From Hyphomicrobiales bacterium (GTDB lineage: Bacteria > Pseudomonadota > Alphaproteobacteria > Rhizobiales > CBDCVD01): 64,000 nt of DNA. A program made the translations under genes and the position numbers. Below, in pieces: positions 1 through 8,805 of this stretch (position 1 is its first letter; each line of letters opens with the position of its first letter). The notes under the pieces were generated by a model. It was not told the origin of the DNA, did not search any database, and saw nothing but the letters and a program-made list of their open reading frames with translations. Location of the stretch: NCBI GenBank assembly GCA_965222955.1, contig OZ244974.1, positions 1,756,506 through 1,820,505 of the forward strand. The letters run 5' to 3'.

Positions 1-123
1 AACAGCCAGCTTTCTGTGCCAACTCCGCCGAATTTCCTGCTGCGGATGTCCAAATAATAGGCGGTAATTCTTCCGATTTTTGCGATAGGACAGGACAATC
101 GCTGTGCAGTTTCTAGTGGTCAT
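1..123 (-). CDS. DUF2840-like ICE protein, 5' part only (runs off window)
   Basis: Hand translation MTTRNCTAIVLSYRKNRKNYRLLFGHPQQEIRRSWHRKLAV; start overlaps the end of the rdfS-like gene, the usual position of DUF2840. Confidence 0.5.
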   Translation of the reverse strand, partial: MTTRNCTAIVLSYRKNRKNYRLLFGHPQQEIRRSWHRKLAV

Positions 124-343
124 TGCCCGGTTCTTTTGGTTCTGGTCGATGTTCCGGGCTGTCTCTCCCATTAGACCACTCATCCAGATCATCGCGGTGA
201 TAAATTACTCGGCCACCATGCTTACGGAAGTTTGGGCCTTCACCGCGCCAGCGCATATTGTTGATCGTTCTTTCTTCCAATCGAAGATATTCTGCAGCCT
301 CTGCTGATGTCAGATAAGGACTGTTTATTTTTGCAGGTTCCAT
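113..343 (-). CDS. Excisionase / recombination directionality factor (RdfS-like, HTH_17)
   Basis: PYLTSAEAAEYLRLEERTINNMRWRGEGPNFRKHGGRVIYH is a MerR-type wHTH excisionase pattern; GGAGAGAG RBS precedes ATG at 343. Confidence 0.8.
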   Translation of the reverse strand: MEPAKINSPYLTSAEAAEYLRLEERTINNMRWRGEGPNFRKHGGRVIYHRDDLDEWSNGRDSPEHRPEPKEPGNDH

Positions 344-432
344 GGTCTCTCTCCATCTCAACTCATGGGGAGACCTGAAATAGAAATGCGCTCCCCATAG
401 AGGGAATCAAGGCAGAATTTTAAGGAGATTTG

Positions 433-468
433 GAGTGTCGGAATCACAACGTCGGAAATTCGACACTC
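433..468 (-). promoter_or_regulatory. FseA-box-like inverted repeat upstream of rdfS-like gene
   Basis: GAGTGTCG (433-440) and CGACACTC (461-468); on the minus strand the core reads GTCGAA-N16-TCCGAC. Confidence 0.65.
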
Positions 469-486
469 TGTAAAAATGAAAACCTT

Positions 487-1376
487 TTAGAGATTTTTGC
501 GGCTGAGTAAGGCTTCGTAATCGCCGCCAACCAGTCTTGCGCCTTTATCTCTGGCGCGCCGTGCTTGGTCTTTAAGATATCGGCTTGCGCCTGTCCAATC
601 TTCTTTGACGCGGTCCGCTCCCACAAGCGCCACAGCAATGTCTCGCAAGCCACCTTGCGGTCGTTCAAAGCCGTTCCAGACATCAAATGCGGTCAGAGCA
701 TTTCGGAGAGGCTGTGCATTTTGCGGCGCCCAATGAGTGACAATTTTCCGCCTGCAGATCGATGCAGGGATAAAAGTTGTGTGGCCGTATCGAGCCTGCG
801 CCCCATATGTTTGGCCCCATCAAATCGTACATCAATGATGGCATAATCATCGGGCGGTGCGCGTTTGATAGAATATAGGTGTATCCAAAAACGGCTGCCA
901 TTGAGCAAAATATGACGCGCCCCATTGGTAAGTTGCAGCATGACCCGGCGCGTCCGCAAGGCCGATAAGATGATGGTGTCTGAAGGCAAGCCGCCATCTC
1001 TTATATTATCAACGGGGCGTATCAGCTTTACGCGGAGCGCCCCTGCCAATAGATCGGGGTGCCAAAATACATCGGCATCAAGTGCGGCTTTGTTAGGATC
1101 AGCAAATGCTAACAGACCCCATTGTCTGGCACTCTCCTGCGCGTCATTCGCAATATAGAATACGCTCCCCGTTTCTAAAGTCTGGCGCGTTGGAAGCGTT
1201 TTGCGCGCTGTTTGGTAGTCGGCGCGGTAGTCTGGATTGCGCCTTAAAAACTCCCAAGCCCACGCCGCATTTGGCATGGATCGGGAATATCTTATTCCCT
1301 CAGCCCTCTTCATGTTACTGAGTTGATATGCATAGTCTATACCACCTATGAGCGAATTACTCTGCATTTCGAGCAC
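487..1376 (-). pseudogene. FseA-like activator (DUF6499 + DUF2285), 1-nt frameshift near 719-722
   Basis: AWAWEFLRRNPDYRADY and RQWGL motifs; after CGCAAAATG the DUF2285 C-terminus (LRNALTAFD...LRDIAVALVGADRVKEDW...YLKDQARRARDKGARLVGGDYEALL) continues in another frame to TAA at 487. Start codon uncertain. Confidence 0.8.
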
Positions 1377-1408
1377 AAGAAAACCTGCCTGACGAACTGT
1401 CAGGCAGG
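1377..1408 (-). terminator. Intrinsic terminator after DUF736 gene
   Basis: CCTGCCTGAC-N5-GTCAGGCAGG 10-bp stem followed by TTTTCTT on minus strand. Confidence 0.75.
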
Positions 1409-1429
1409 ATTGAGAGGGTGAATTTGGCC

Positions 1430-1756
1430 CTAACTTTGTGGGTTCCAGAGAAGGACATGACGCCCTTTCTTACCTTTCACAGGGGTCAGATTGGCATAGA
1501 CCTTACGCGGCCCGATGGCAGGATCGGCCAGTGTCAGCGACAGATATTCGCGTCCAGACGTTTTGGCTTTACGAAGCCATGCGGCGCCAATATCAGATCC
1601 GTTATTGCGGCCTGCATAGACCCGGTAGTCGGGCTGTGCCTCTGCGGATTTTTCTGCATTCTTGACGATGCGGATGGGTGTGGACAGGCTCATCATTGCC
1701 AAAGTGCCTTCAAAGCCAGTTTCGTTTTCAGTGAAATATCCAAGTGCGTTTGCCAT
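1430..1756 (-). CDS. DUF736 family protein
   Basis: KSAEAQPDYRVYAG...DIGAAW...SGREYLSLTLADP...VYANL...LLW motif; GGAG RBS. Confidence 0.9.
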   Translation of the reverse strand: MANALGYFTENETGFEGTLAMMSLSTPIRIVKNAEKSAEAQPDYRVYAGRNNGSDIGAAWLRKAKTSGREYLSLTLADPAIGPRKVYANLTPVKGKKGRHVLLWNPQS

Positions 1757-1762
1757 GGTTTT

Positions 1763-2018
1763 CATCTCCATTTGTTATGTCGCGAGAGCCCAATGCCCTG
1801 TTGACGCCGAACTGCCCGAAAGGCGGATGGAGGTGTCCAGCCCGTCAGGGGCGCAGCAAAGCGGAGCGCTGCAGGCGGTGATTATTTTGTCTCGCGAGGA
1901 ATGCGCGGCAGCGCAGGGGAAAATAATTACCGGCCAAGTCTGGTAAGCCTCTGGCTGTCTTTCAAGTTCAAGGAGTCAACTGGCCATTGGGGTCATTTCA
2001 TAATCGGAAATGGAGATG
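1763..2018. promoter_or_regulatory. ~255-nt branched hairpin upstream of DUF736 (candidate ssDNA promoter)
   Basis: Nested complementary blocks CATCTCCATTT/AAATGGAGATG, CCCAATG/CATTGGG, GTTGAC/GTCAAC, GAACT/AGTTC, CGGTGATTATTTT/AAAATAATTACCG. Confidence 0.6.
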
Positions 2019-2389
2019 CAATCACTGGCAGGCGCAGCCTATGTGTCTTTTGAAAAGGTTCGTGCTGAATTGACTTGGCTGTGAGCTTATCCGCTCTCAC
2101 CATCTGCTTTTGGATGCTAAGATTATTCCATCGCAGGCAATGGCTACGAACATTGTGCTGGCCCATAATCAATGTCGGATAGGCGCTGCTTTCTTGAACT
2201 GACAGCCTTCTGATGCGTTTCAGTCAATGATTGACAAGTCAATCACGGCCAATGGGTTCGTCAGGTTTTGAGCTAAAGAATGGCCCTTGAGTAGTGGATG
2301 GCGTGTCTCTCTTTTGCTTGCGCAAAGCTCGATACATTCACCTCAATCCTGCTATGACAATAGATAGGAAGTGGTTATTGGCGATGAAA

Positions 2390-2590
2390 CTACAGCATGT
2401 CCTTGGCGGGTTTTCCAAGCGCCGTGGCGATCGCTTCAACCGCATCCAGTGTCGGCGATGTTTCACCGCGTTCAATCATTCCAATATAGTTCCGCGTTAA
2501 ACCAGACTGTTCACCAAGCTCCTCCTGGCTAAGGCCCCGTTCATGGCGCAACTTGCGCACCGAACGGGCAAATGTCTGATTCAAATCCAT
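2390..2590 (-). CDS. XRE-family HTH regulator (66 aa, C-protein/QseC-sized)
   Basis: VRKLRHERGLSQEELGEQSGLTRNYIGMIERGETSPTL. Confidence 0.9.
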   Translation of the reverse strand: MDLNQTFARSVRKLRHERGLSQEELGEQSGLTRNYIGMIERGETSPTLDAVEAIATALGKPAKDML

Positions 2591-2623
2591 GCCCGAAATT
2601 GGACTTTGGACTTATCAGGGCGC

Positions 2624-2641
2624 TACCAAGTATAGTTGGTA
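2624..2641. promoter_or_regulatory. Palindromic operator between divergent XRE gene and hypothetical gene
   Basis: TACCAA-GTATAG-TTGGTA; TATACT at 2662-2667 lies 6 nt before ATG 2674 (leaderless layout). Confidence 0.45.
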
Positions 2642-2673
2642 TTCGTGCGCTGTTTTTGGTATATACTGTTTTT

Positions 2674-2967
2674 ATGGCCGCCAAATATCTTGATGGCACC
2701 AAACTTTCGATACACCTGACCTCAACGGGCTATGTGGCGCTGGAGTCCGGCCAACTTTCTACGGATGCTGAATTGGCCCTGTTTGGGCCGAAAGGCGATG
2801 TGCCACCCACATCTATTTCAAGCCTGACGACAAGCCTTCTGCAAACAATCAACGCCGCGCCTGATCCTACAGACGCGGCGGATTTGAGGCTCCTTGCGCG
2901 AGACCTCAAAACCAGCCTTGCGCAAGTGGAGACAACCCTTGCGCGGCTGGATAAGACAAGCGACTAG
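2674..2967 (+). CDS. Hypothetical protein (97 aa), divergent from XRE gene
   Basis: ORF MAAKYLDG...LDKTSD with helical C-terminus; stop codon lies at the IS630 junction. Confidence 0.55.
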   Translation: MAAKYLDGTKLSIHLTSTGYVALESGQLSTDAELALFGPKGDVPPTSISSLTTSLLQTINAAPDPTDAADLRLLARDLKTSLAQVETTLARLDKTSD

Positions 2968-4020
2968 AGCGTCAGGCGATTAATAGGAATCTTTTTTGGA
3001 TTTCCCTTTTTAGGGATAATGTGATTCGTTTGGGCATGGAGGTGATTCTATGACCCAATCTTTATCCCTTGATCTTCGCCGTCGTATTGTTGCTGCGATA
3101 TCACAAGGAAAGTCACGCCGAGCCGCTGCTGAACAGTTTGCGATTTCAGTCGCAAGTGCGGTTCGTCTGCAAAAACGTTTTGAAGAAACAGGCTCGCTTG
3201 AACCGGATCGCCGGGGGCGCCCCAGAGGCAGTGGCAAGCTGGGACCTTATCACGACAGGATCATCGCCAAGGTAGAAGCGCAACCAGACATCACCATGCC
3301 TGCTCTGGCGGCCTGGCTTCTTGAGACTGAGGGTGTGCAGGTTGATCCCTCAAACCTGTCGAAACTGCTGTGCAGGGCCGGCTTCAGCTATAAAAAAAAC
3401 GCTGCTGGCGGCAGAACGCAAGCGTGCAGATGTCAGGGCTGAGCGCGATGAATGGCGCAAACATCGCCTGCCGGCCATTCAAGCCGCCCCTGCACGGCTG
3501 CTTTTCATCGACGAGACCAGCGTAAAGACCAATATGACGCCGCTCAGGGGGCGCAGCCGGAAAGGGGAAAGGCTCATCGCCGATGCGCCCTTCGGCAAAT
3601 GGCATACCCAGACCTTTATTGCTGCCCTGCGTTGTAGTGAGTTGGCGGCGCCCTGGGTCATTGACGGGGCGATGAATGGCGAAGCCTTTGATACTTATGT
3701 AACAACACAGCTTGCGCCTCTTCTCAAGCCGGGCGACGTTGTGGTTTGGGACAACCTAAATATCCACAAAAGCCCCCGTGCGGCGCAAGCCATCAAAGCC
3801 TGTGGCGCTTGGGTGTTGTTCCTGCCGCGCTACTCACCTGATCTGAACCCGATTGAGAAGGCCTTTTCGAAACTGAAAACCTTGCTGAGGAAGGCCAAGG
3901 CCAGAACCTATGATGATTTATGGAAAGCTGTTGGGCAGGTTTGCGATCTTTTCACGCCGCAGGAATGTTGGAACTATTTCAAAGCGACAGGTTGCGTTGC
4001 AAATTAATCGCCCGACGCTC
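2967..4020 (+). mobile_element. IS630-family insertion sequence, copy 1 (1054 bp)
   Basis: TIRs GAGCGTCAGGCGATTAAT / ATTAATCGCCCGACGCTC; TA duplication at 2965-66 and 4021-22. Confidence 0.95.
3050..4007 (+). CDS. IS630 transposase, two ORFs joined by a -1 frameshift at A8 (3392-3399)
   Basis: HTH ORF A; DDE ORF B with FIDET, WDNL and YSPDLNPIE motifs. Confidence 0.92.
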
Positions 4021-5861
4021 TAGGCCGCTTTTTCTTTGCGCTCTGGCTTGGGCATAAACTTGGTCACACGTGCTACGGCACTGGCAGGCGGGCAAGTGGC
4101 TTTATCGAGATAGTGGGTTGCAGGCACCTGCATCCAGCGCGGTCGCCATTTAGGCCGCGCTTTATCGGCACTTACCCCATGCCCCGCCATGCGGTTGCGA
4201 ATAATCTCTTTCTGCTTTTTGCCAGTATCTGTCAGTGCACCATCTGCGCAGGACTTACCTGCAATCTCTTTGACCATGGCATTGATAACGCGTTTATCCC
4301 GCAAGATGTCAAAGAAGGCGTCATCTGCCTGCCAAAGTGCGCCCATATCCACTGGCACGGCATGGGTGATAGATTCCAAAATATCGCTGCCCGCTGACAA
4401 GCTTTCGCACATAGCAAAGGTCATCACCCGCATAACGGTGGCATCATCCAACCCCAGCAAGGCCGCAAAGATTTGGGTCACATCTCCCACGGCCAGTTTC
4501 TTAGTGGGGCTATAATACTCCGTAGGCGGCTCAAGTCCGAGCAAGTCAAACACCCATGCGCGTTCAGCGTCCATTCGCTTCGCGCCTACGCTTGCCGCCA
4601 CGCTCTCACTCGTGCTGTCCTTGCGCGACCTCGTTTTTTGCGGGGCGACTGACCAAAGGTCAGAGCCGACCAACATGTGCGCGGCGGTCAAACGCAAAGC
4701 CACTTTTGGATGGTCGAGCAAACAAGACCGAATAGCAGCGTGACGATGCAAGGCGACATAGTCACAGAGCGGGCCAGACATTTCAGGTTTTTGCGCTTTG
4801 GCGGGGGCGTCTGCCGCCTCGCCAGATTTCAGAATGGCGTCTATCTTTTTGATGTCTGCATTGGAGAGATAGCCAATATGCGGTGTGACCGTGCCGTCAT
4901 GGCCAATGGCGAGGAAGATTTTTCCGCCTTGTTCCAGTGTGCGCTTGCCATGTTCCCATGAACAGAACCGCTCCCCGCGCTCCATCAATACTATCTCATG
5001 CCAGCCTTCGGCTTTCCATTCGCTGACCGCGTCGGCAATGGCTTTGTTTTGATGCGTCCAGAACAAGTCAGGGTCTTGGAAATAGGCGGTTTCGCCAAAG
5101 AGGTCGGTAATGATGGTGCCTTGGTAATCTGAAAGATTAAACAAGGCAGCATTGGTCTTTATCCGCGCTCCGCCTGTCAGCCATGCTTTTAACTGTTCAC
5201 CCTGCGGGGCATAGTCGTCCGAGTGGTAAATCTCCAGCCATGCGGCCTGTTGGTCGGGGGTTGCCAGCGTGAGCGCCTGTAAGGTTGCGCCGTGTATATC
5301 CTCGGCCTCATAGAGCGCAAGCAGTTCAGGCATGAGGTTCGCGAGCGCCAGAACGCGCCGTACGTCCAGTTCTTTTATCCCGAATGTGGCCGCAATTGCC
5401 GCGGCTTCTTTGCCGCTATCGGCCAAGGATTTATAGGCGGCAAACCGCTCCAATTGCGTCGCGGGGACACGAGCAACATTTTCGATAAGCGAGGCTTCGC
5501 GGGCAGCTTTTGTGTTTCCGCTTTCCATAATCAGGCACGGCGCGTTTTGCAGGTGGCCAGTCTCCTTGGCTTTTTTCTTGAGCGCAAATAAGCGGCGGCG
5601 TCCTGCTATGACGCCGTAGCCCTTCCCCTCTTTGCGCACGAGCAGAGATTGGTGAACGCCGCTTTCCAAAATGCTGGGATAGATGTCATCAATATCAGGG
5701 GCGTTCTTGCCATGCCGCATATTCAACTTACTGACATGTAAGTCAGCCACATTAAGCCATTTGATATCTCTTGACGGTTTAGGCTTGCCCTTTGATTTGG
5801 CGGCGCTCCCATTGGATTTGGGCCGCGTGGGGTGTGGCCGTGGTTTCGTGATGGTGGTCAT
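4020..5861 (-). CDS. ParB/RepB/Spo0J-family protein (leading-region type)
   Basis: SILESGVHQSLLVR...VIAGRRRLFAL...ASLIEN ParB-N motif; long C-terminus typical of ICE/plasmid ParB-like proteins. Confidence 0.88.
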   Translation of the reverse strand: MTTITKPRPHPTRPKSNGSAAKSKGKPKPSRDIKWLNVADLHVSKLNMRHGKNAPDIDDIYPSILESGVHQSLLVRKEGKGYGVIAGRRRLFALKKKAKETGHLQNAPCLIMESGNTKAAREASLIENVARVPATQLERFAAYKSLADSGKEAAAIAATFGIKELDVRRVLALANLMPELLALYEAEDIHGATLQALTLATPDQQAAWLEIYHSDDYAPQGEQLKAWLTGGARIKTNAALFNLSDYQGTIITDLFGETAYFQDPDLFWTHQNKAIADAVSEWKAEGWHEIVLMERGERFCSWEHGKRTLEQGGKIFLAIGHDGTVTPHIGYLSNADIKKIDAILKSGEAADAPAKAQKPEMSGPLCDYVALHRHAAIRSCLLDHPKVALRLTAAHMLVGSDLWSVAPQKTRSRKDSTSESVAASVGAKRMDAERAWVFDLLGLEPPTEYYSPTKKLAVGDVTQIFAALLGLDDATVMRVMTFAMCESLSAGSDILESITHAVPVDMGALWQADDAFFDILRDKRVINAMVKEIAGKSCADGALTDTGKKQKEIIRNRMAGHGVSADKARPKWRPRWMQVPATHYLDKATCPPASAVARVTKFMPKPERKEKAA

Positions 5862-6085
5862 ATGTCAGTCTCCTCGATTGGGATGAGGTCACACAAGTCA
5901 AGTTGCGCACGGCTGACCTCATCAAATAAGCCGTGGTTGCAAGGTTTCTGGATGGCTGTCGGGTTCCGCTTTGGGGTCATGGGCTGCGCCGCCATAACCG
6001 TCAGGCGGTCACGCAATGTGATGGGGCGCACCCCATCAATCAGGGTCTGACGATCAACCGCTGTGGCCTCGCTCTCGCGGCTCAT
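5858..6085 (-). CDS. Small hypothetical leading-region protein (75 aa)
   Basis: ATGA overlaps with both neighbouring genes; QTLIDGVRPI...QKPCNHGLFDE...QLDL. Confidence 0.65.
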   Translation of the reverse strand: MSRESEATAVDRQTLIDGVRPITLRDRLTVMAAQPMTPKRNPTAIQKPCNHGLFDEVSRAQLDLCDLIPIEETDI

Positions 6086-6549
6086 GACCCATGACCACAT
6101 AGGACAGCACAAAGCCGTGCGTGTTCAGCTTTGGCTACCGACAGAGCCTCTGGTAACAACTCATTGGCGGCTTGGGTCAGATAGGTGTTGTCGCCACCCG
6201 GATAATTGACCTCAATACCCCAGAGGCTTGTGGCATTGTCCTTTATGGGAATGCCTTGAAAACTGATCGACAGAACAATGCCACCGTAAAACCATTCATC
6301 CTATTCCCATGCATCCATCACAGCTTCTGCATTGGCCTTCGCTATATCAAATCGCTCCCGCCAATTTGGGCCAGTTCCAATAAAGCCCGCCGCGTCTTTG
6401 TAGAGCGATGGCCAGAATCCGTCTTGGCGCTCATCGGGGCGCGCGGGATTGTCATCAGGAATAATCCGAGCCGTTAAGGCATAGCCTTCAAGCTCACAGA
6501 TGATGCAATCGCCAACGCAAACATATTTCTCAAAGCCTTGGGTAAACAT
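6082..6549 (-). pseudogene. Hypothetical leading-region protein (~155 aa) with in-frame TAG at 6301-6303
   Basis: Frame stays open after the stop (DEWFYGGIVLS...SLWGIEVNYP...NELLPEAL) up to a TGA that overlaps the next ATG. Confidence 0.75.
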
Positions 6550-7514
6550 TACGCGGCCTCGCGTGTTTCGTCAGTTTCAAAGGCCAGAATGAAATCAGCG
6601 GCTTTGCTCGCAAGAGACGCCGCGCGGAATATCGCCCACTTGTCCTCTTTCAGAACTTTGAGCCATGAGGCGATATAATCTGTATGGCGCACAGTTGGCG
6701 TGATGGATTGGGCGGCGCAAATAAAGGCGCTCGCCATTTCTGCCACTAATTCTTCGCGGGCATAATCTTTGCTGCCAAAGCGACCTTTTAAATTTCGGTC
6801 AAGGCGGCTCTGATGGCCTGTCCAATGGCCAAGCTCGTGAAAGCAAGTGCGGTAGTAATTGATCTGGTCAAGAAAAGCTGGTTGGGGTGGAACTTGGATA
6901 AAGTCCTCGCTTGGCACAAAGAAAGCGCGGTCGCCGCCAATCCGAAAATCTGCACCCGTGGCGGCAATCAGCTTTTCCGCGCGCGGGATCAGGTCGCGCT
7001 CTGGCAAAGGCGTAACGCCTTCAAAGAATTTATCGTCCAGCCCGTCGCATTGGTCTGCGTTGAAGACGGTATAGCGTTTTAAGAAACCCACGCGCTGGGC
7101 GTCTTCGCCCGTTTCCTGTGCGCGCTGCGCTTCGGCTTTCGGGATAAAAGTGTCCGCGTAACAAACGGTTGTGCCCCGCTCGCCTTTGCGCACCGCTCCG
7201 CCAAGGGAAAGGGCCTGTTTGAAAGTTAACCAATAAGGTGTGGTGCGGGCGGTCTCAATCGCCGCGCCCCATAGGAGCAGGATGTTAATGCCTGAATAGC
7301 TGCGCCCTGTGCTCGCATTTTGCGGCAAGGCGCATGGAGCTGTGACATCGGGTCTGCCCCAAGGCTGCACCCAAGGCACGGTGCCCGCTTCAAGCTGGGC
7401 AATGACTGTATCAGTGACGCTCTGATAAAGGTCTTTACGAGGTGCGCCGCGTCTGCGGCGCGTCTGTCTCCGTGCTCTCGGCTGGGTGGTTTGGGTGGCT
7501 GATTGTGTGCTCAT
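6549..7514 (-). CDS. ardC: Antirestriction protein ArdC (DUF1738 + zincin-like domain)
   Basis: LEAGTVPWVQPW, YSGINILLLW, WLTFKQA, HELGHWTGH, YAREELVAE motifs. Confidence 0.93.
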   Translation of the reverse strand: MSTQSATQTTQPRARRQTRRRRGAPRKDLYQSVTDTVIAQLEAGTVPWVQPWGRPDVTAPCALPQNASTGRSYSGINILLLWGAAIETARTTPYWLTFKQALSLGGAVRKGERGTTVCYADTFIPKAEAQRAQETGEDAQRVGFLKRYTVFNADQCDGLDDKFFEGVTPLPERDLIPRAEKLIAATGADFRIGGDRAFFVPSEDFIQVPPQPAFLDQINYYRTCFHELGHWTGHQSRLDRNLKGRFGSKDYAREELVAEMASAFICAAQSITPTVRHTDYIASWLKVLKEDKWAIFRAASLASKAADFILAFETDETREAA

Positions 7515-7541
7515 GTCTCCTCTCTTTCCCGCCCCGCGCAA

Positions 7542-7722
7542 ATGTCCCCGGCAGGCGGGGTGGGCGGCAGAAAGGACGGACAGGCTCAGGGCATCAGGAC
7601 GGGGCGCAATTGTTTTGGTAGGCGGACGTCAAGACACAAAGACGATAAAAACCCAAAGCGGTTGCGCGCTGGCCGCCCTGTGCCAGACCGGCCTGACGCC
7701 CACACCGACTGCCGAGGTACAT
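7542..7722. promoter_or_regulatory. ~180-nt hairpin upstream of ardC (candidate ssDNA promoter)
   Basis: CGGCAG/CTGCCG, GTGGGCG/CGCCCAC, CAGGGC/GCCCTG, GCGCAA/TTGCGC nested symmetrically. Confidence 0.6.
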
Positions 7723-7814
7723 AATCAAAATGCCGGCGCGCCCGCGCCGTCCGCTAATCCATGAAACGCTAAAGACTGCGCGAGGGATCAACGCCCGAAG
7801 GGCCGAGACGCCTA

Positions 7815-8666
7815 GAGCGTGTCCTTGAATAGATGGTTTATTAACCATGATTTATTAAACCATGATCTGACTATTGATTGTCGAGGAGGAATGCTGATGT
7901 CGGATATTCGTCGTCATGATCTGAAGTTGGAAGTTTGGGCGCGTTTGTGGCCGTTGATCGTTCAAGCCAAGGGCAAGCGTGGCCGCAGGGGAAATGATAA
8001 CTATCTGTTTTTCAACGCAGTTTTGTGGAAACTTCGTACAGGCGTGCCGTGGCGGGACCTGCCTGAATGCTATGGACACTGGAAGTCGGTGTCCAACCGT
8101 TTCTACACCTGGCGCAACAACGGGGTATTCGAACGACTGCTGGAGTTGGTGGCCGGTGAACCCGACCTTGAATGGTTGATGATCGATGCCAGCCACATCA
8201 AGGCTCATCCCCATGCGGCGGGCGCAAAAGGAGGAACCAGAGTCTCGCCCGCACCAAGGGTGGGCTGAACAGCAAGCTGCATCTGGCTGTTGAGGCACAC
8301 GGGCTGCCTGTGCGCATGACTGTGACCCAAGGAACCACCGCCGATTGCAGCCAGGCTGCATTACTGGTTGGTGGTCTTCTGGCCGACTATCTTATGGCCG
8401 ATAGAGCTTATGATATCAATACGTTACTTCAGTGGTGCGAGGAAAATGGGGTCACGCCGGTTATCCCGCCAAAGGCCAACCGCACCCATCAACGTGACTA
8501 TGACCGCTACCTGTACAAGCTGCGCCACCTCATTGAGAACGCATTCCTGAAGCTCAAGCAATGGAGATCGGTAGCCACCAGATACGCCAAGACAACCAAG
8601 ACATTCCTCGCAGAATGCCAAATCGCGGCCATTATGTTATGGATCGCTTAATTCAGGGACACCCTC
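7815..8666 (+). mobile_element. IS5-family (IS427-group-like) insertion sequence, 852 bp
   Basis: TIRs GAGCGTGTCCTTGAAT / ATTCAGGGACACCCTC; TA duplication within a CTAG site. Confidence 0.92.
7891..8651 (+). CDS. IS5 transposase, two ORFs with frameshift near GCAAAAGGAGG (~8224-8234)
   Basis: LRTGVPWRDLP..YG.W, MIDAS, ADRAYD, YKLRHLIENAFLKLKQWR.VATRYAK motifs. Confidence 0.9.
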
Positions 8667-8805
8667 TAGCGGCTTGGTTCACGCGAGCCCAGTTCGGCCA
8701 GGCCGAACGCGCACATAAATAGAAACCCTTGAAACTGCACGAAATTCAGCTTGTGGTTTTACCAATCTTGCCTAATTTTCTCACTTCTGGGAGGATTCGG
8801 GGCTT

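Noticed and set aside
444-686. 80-aa minus-strand ORF as a separate gene
   Set aside because: Shadow frame; the DUF2285 C-terminus lies in a different frame ending at 487.
2674-2967. Naming this ORF qseM
   Set aside because: No visible DUF2285/QseM-type motif; only positional analogy.
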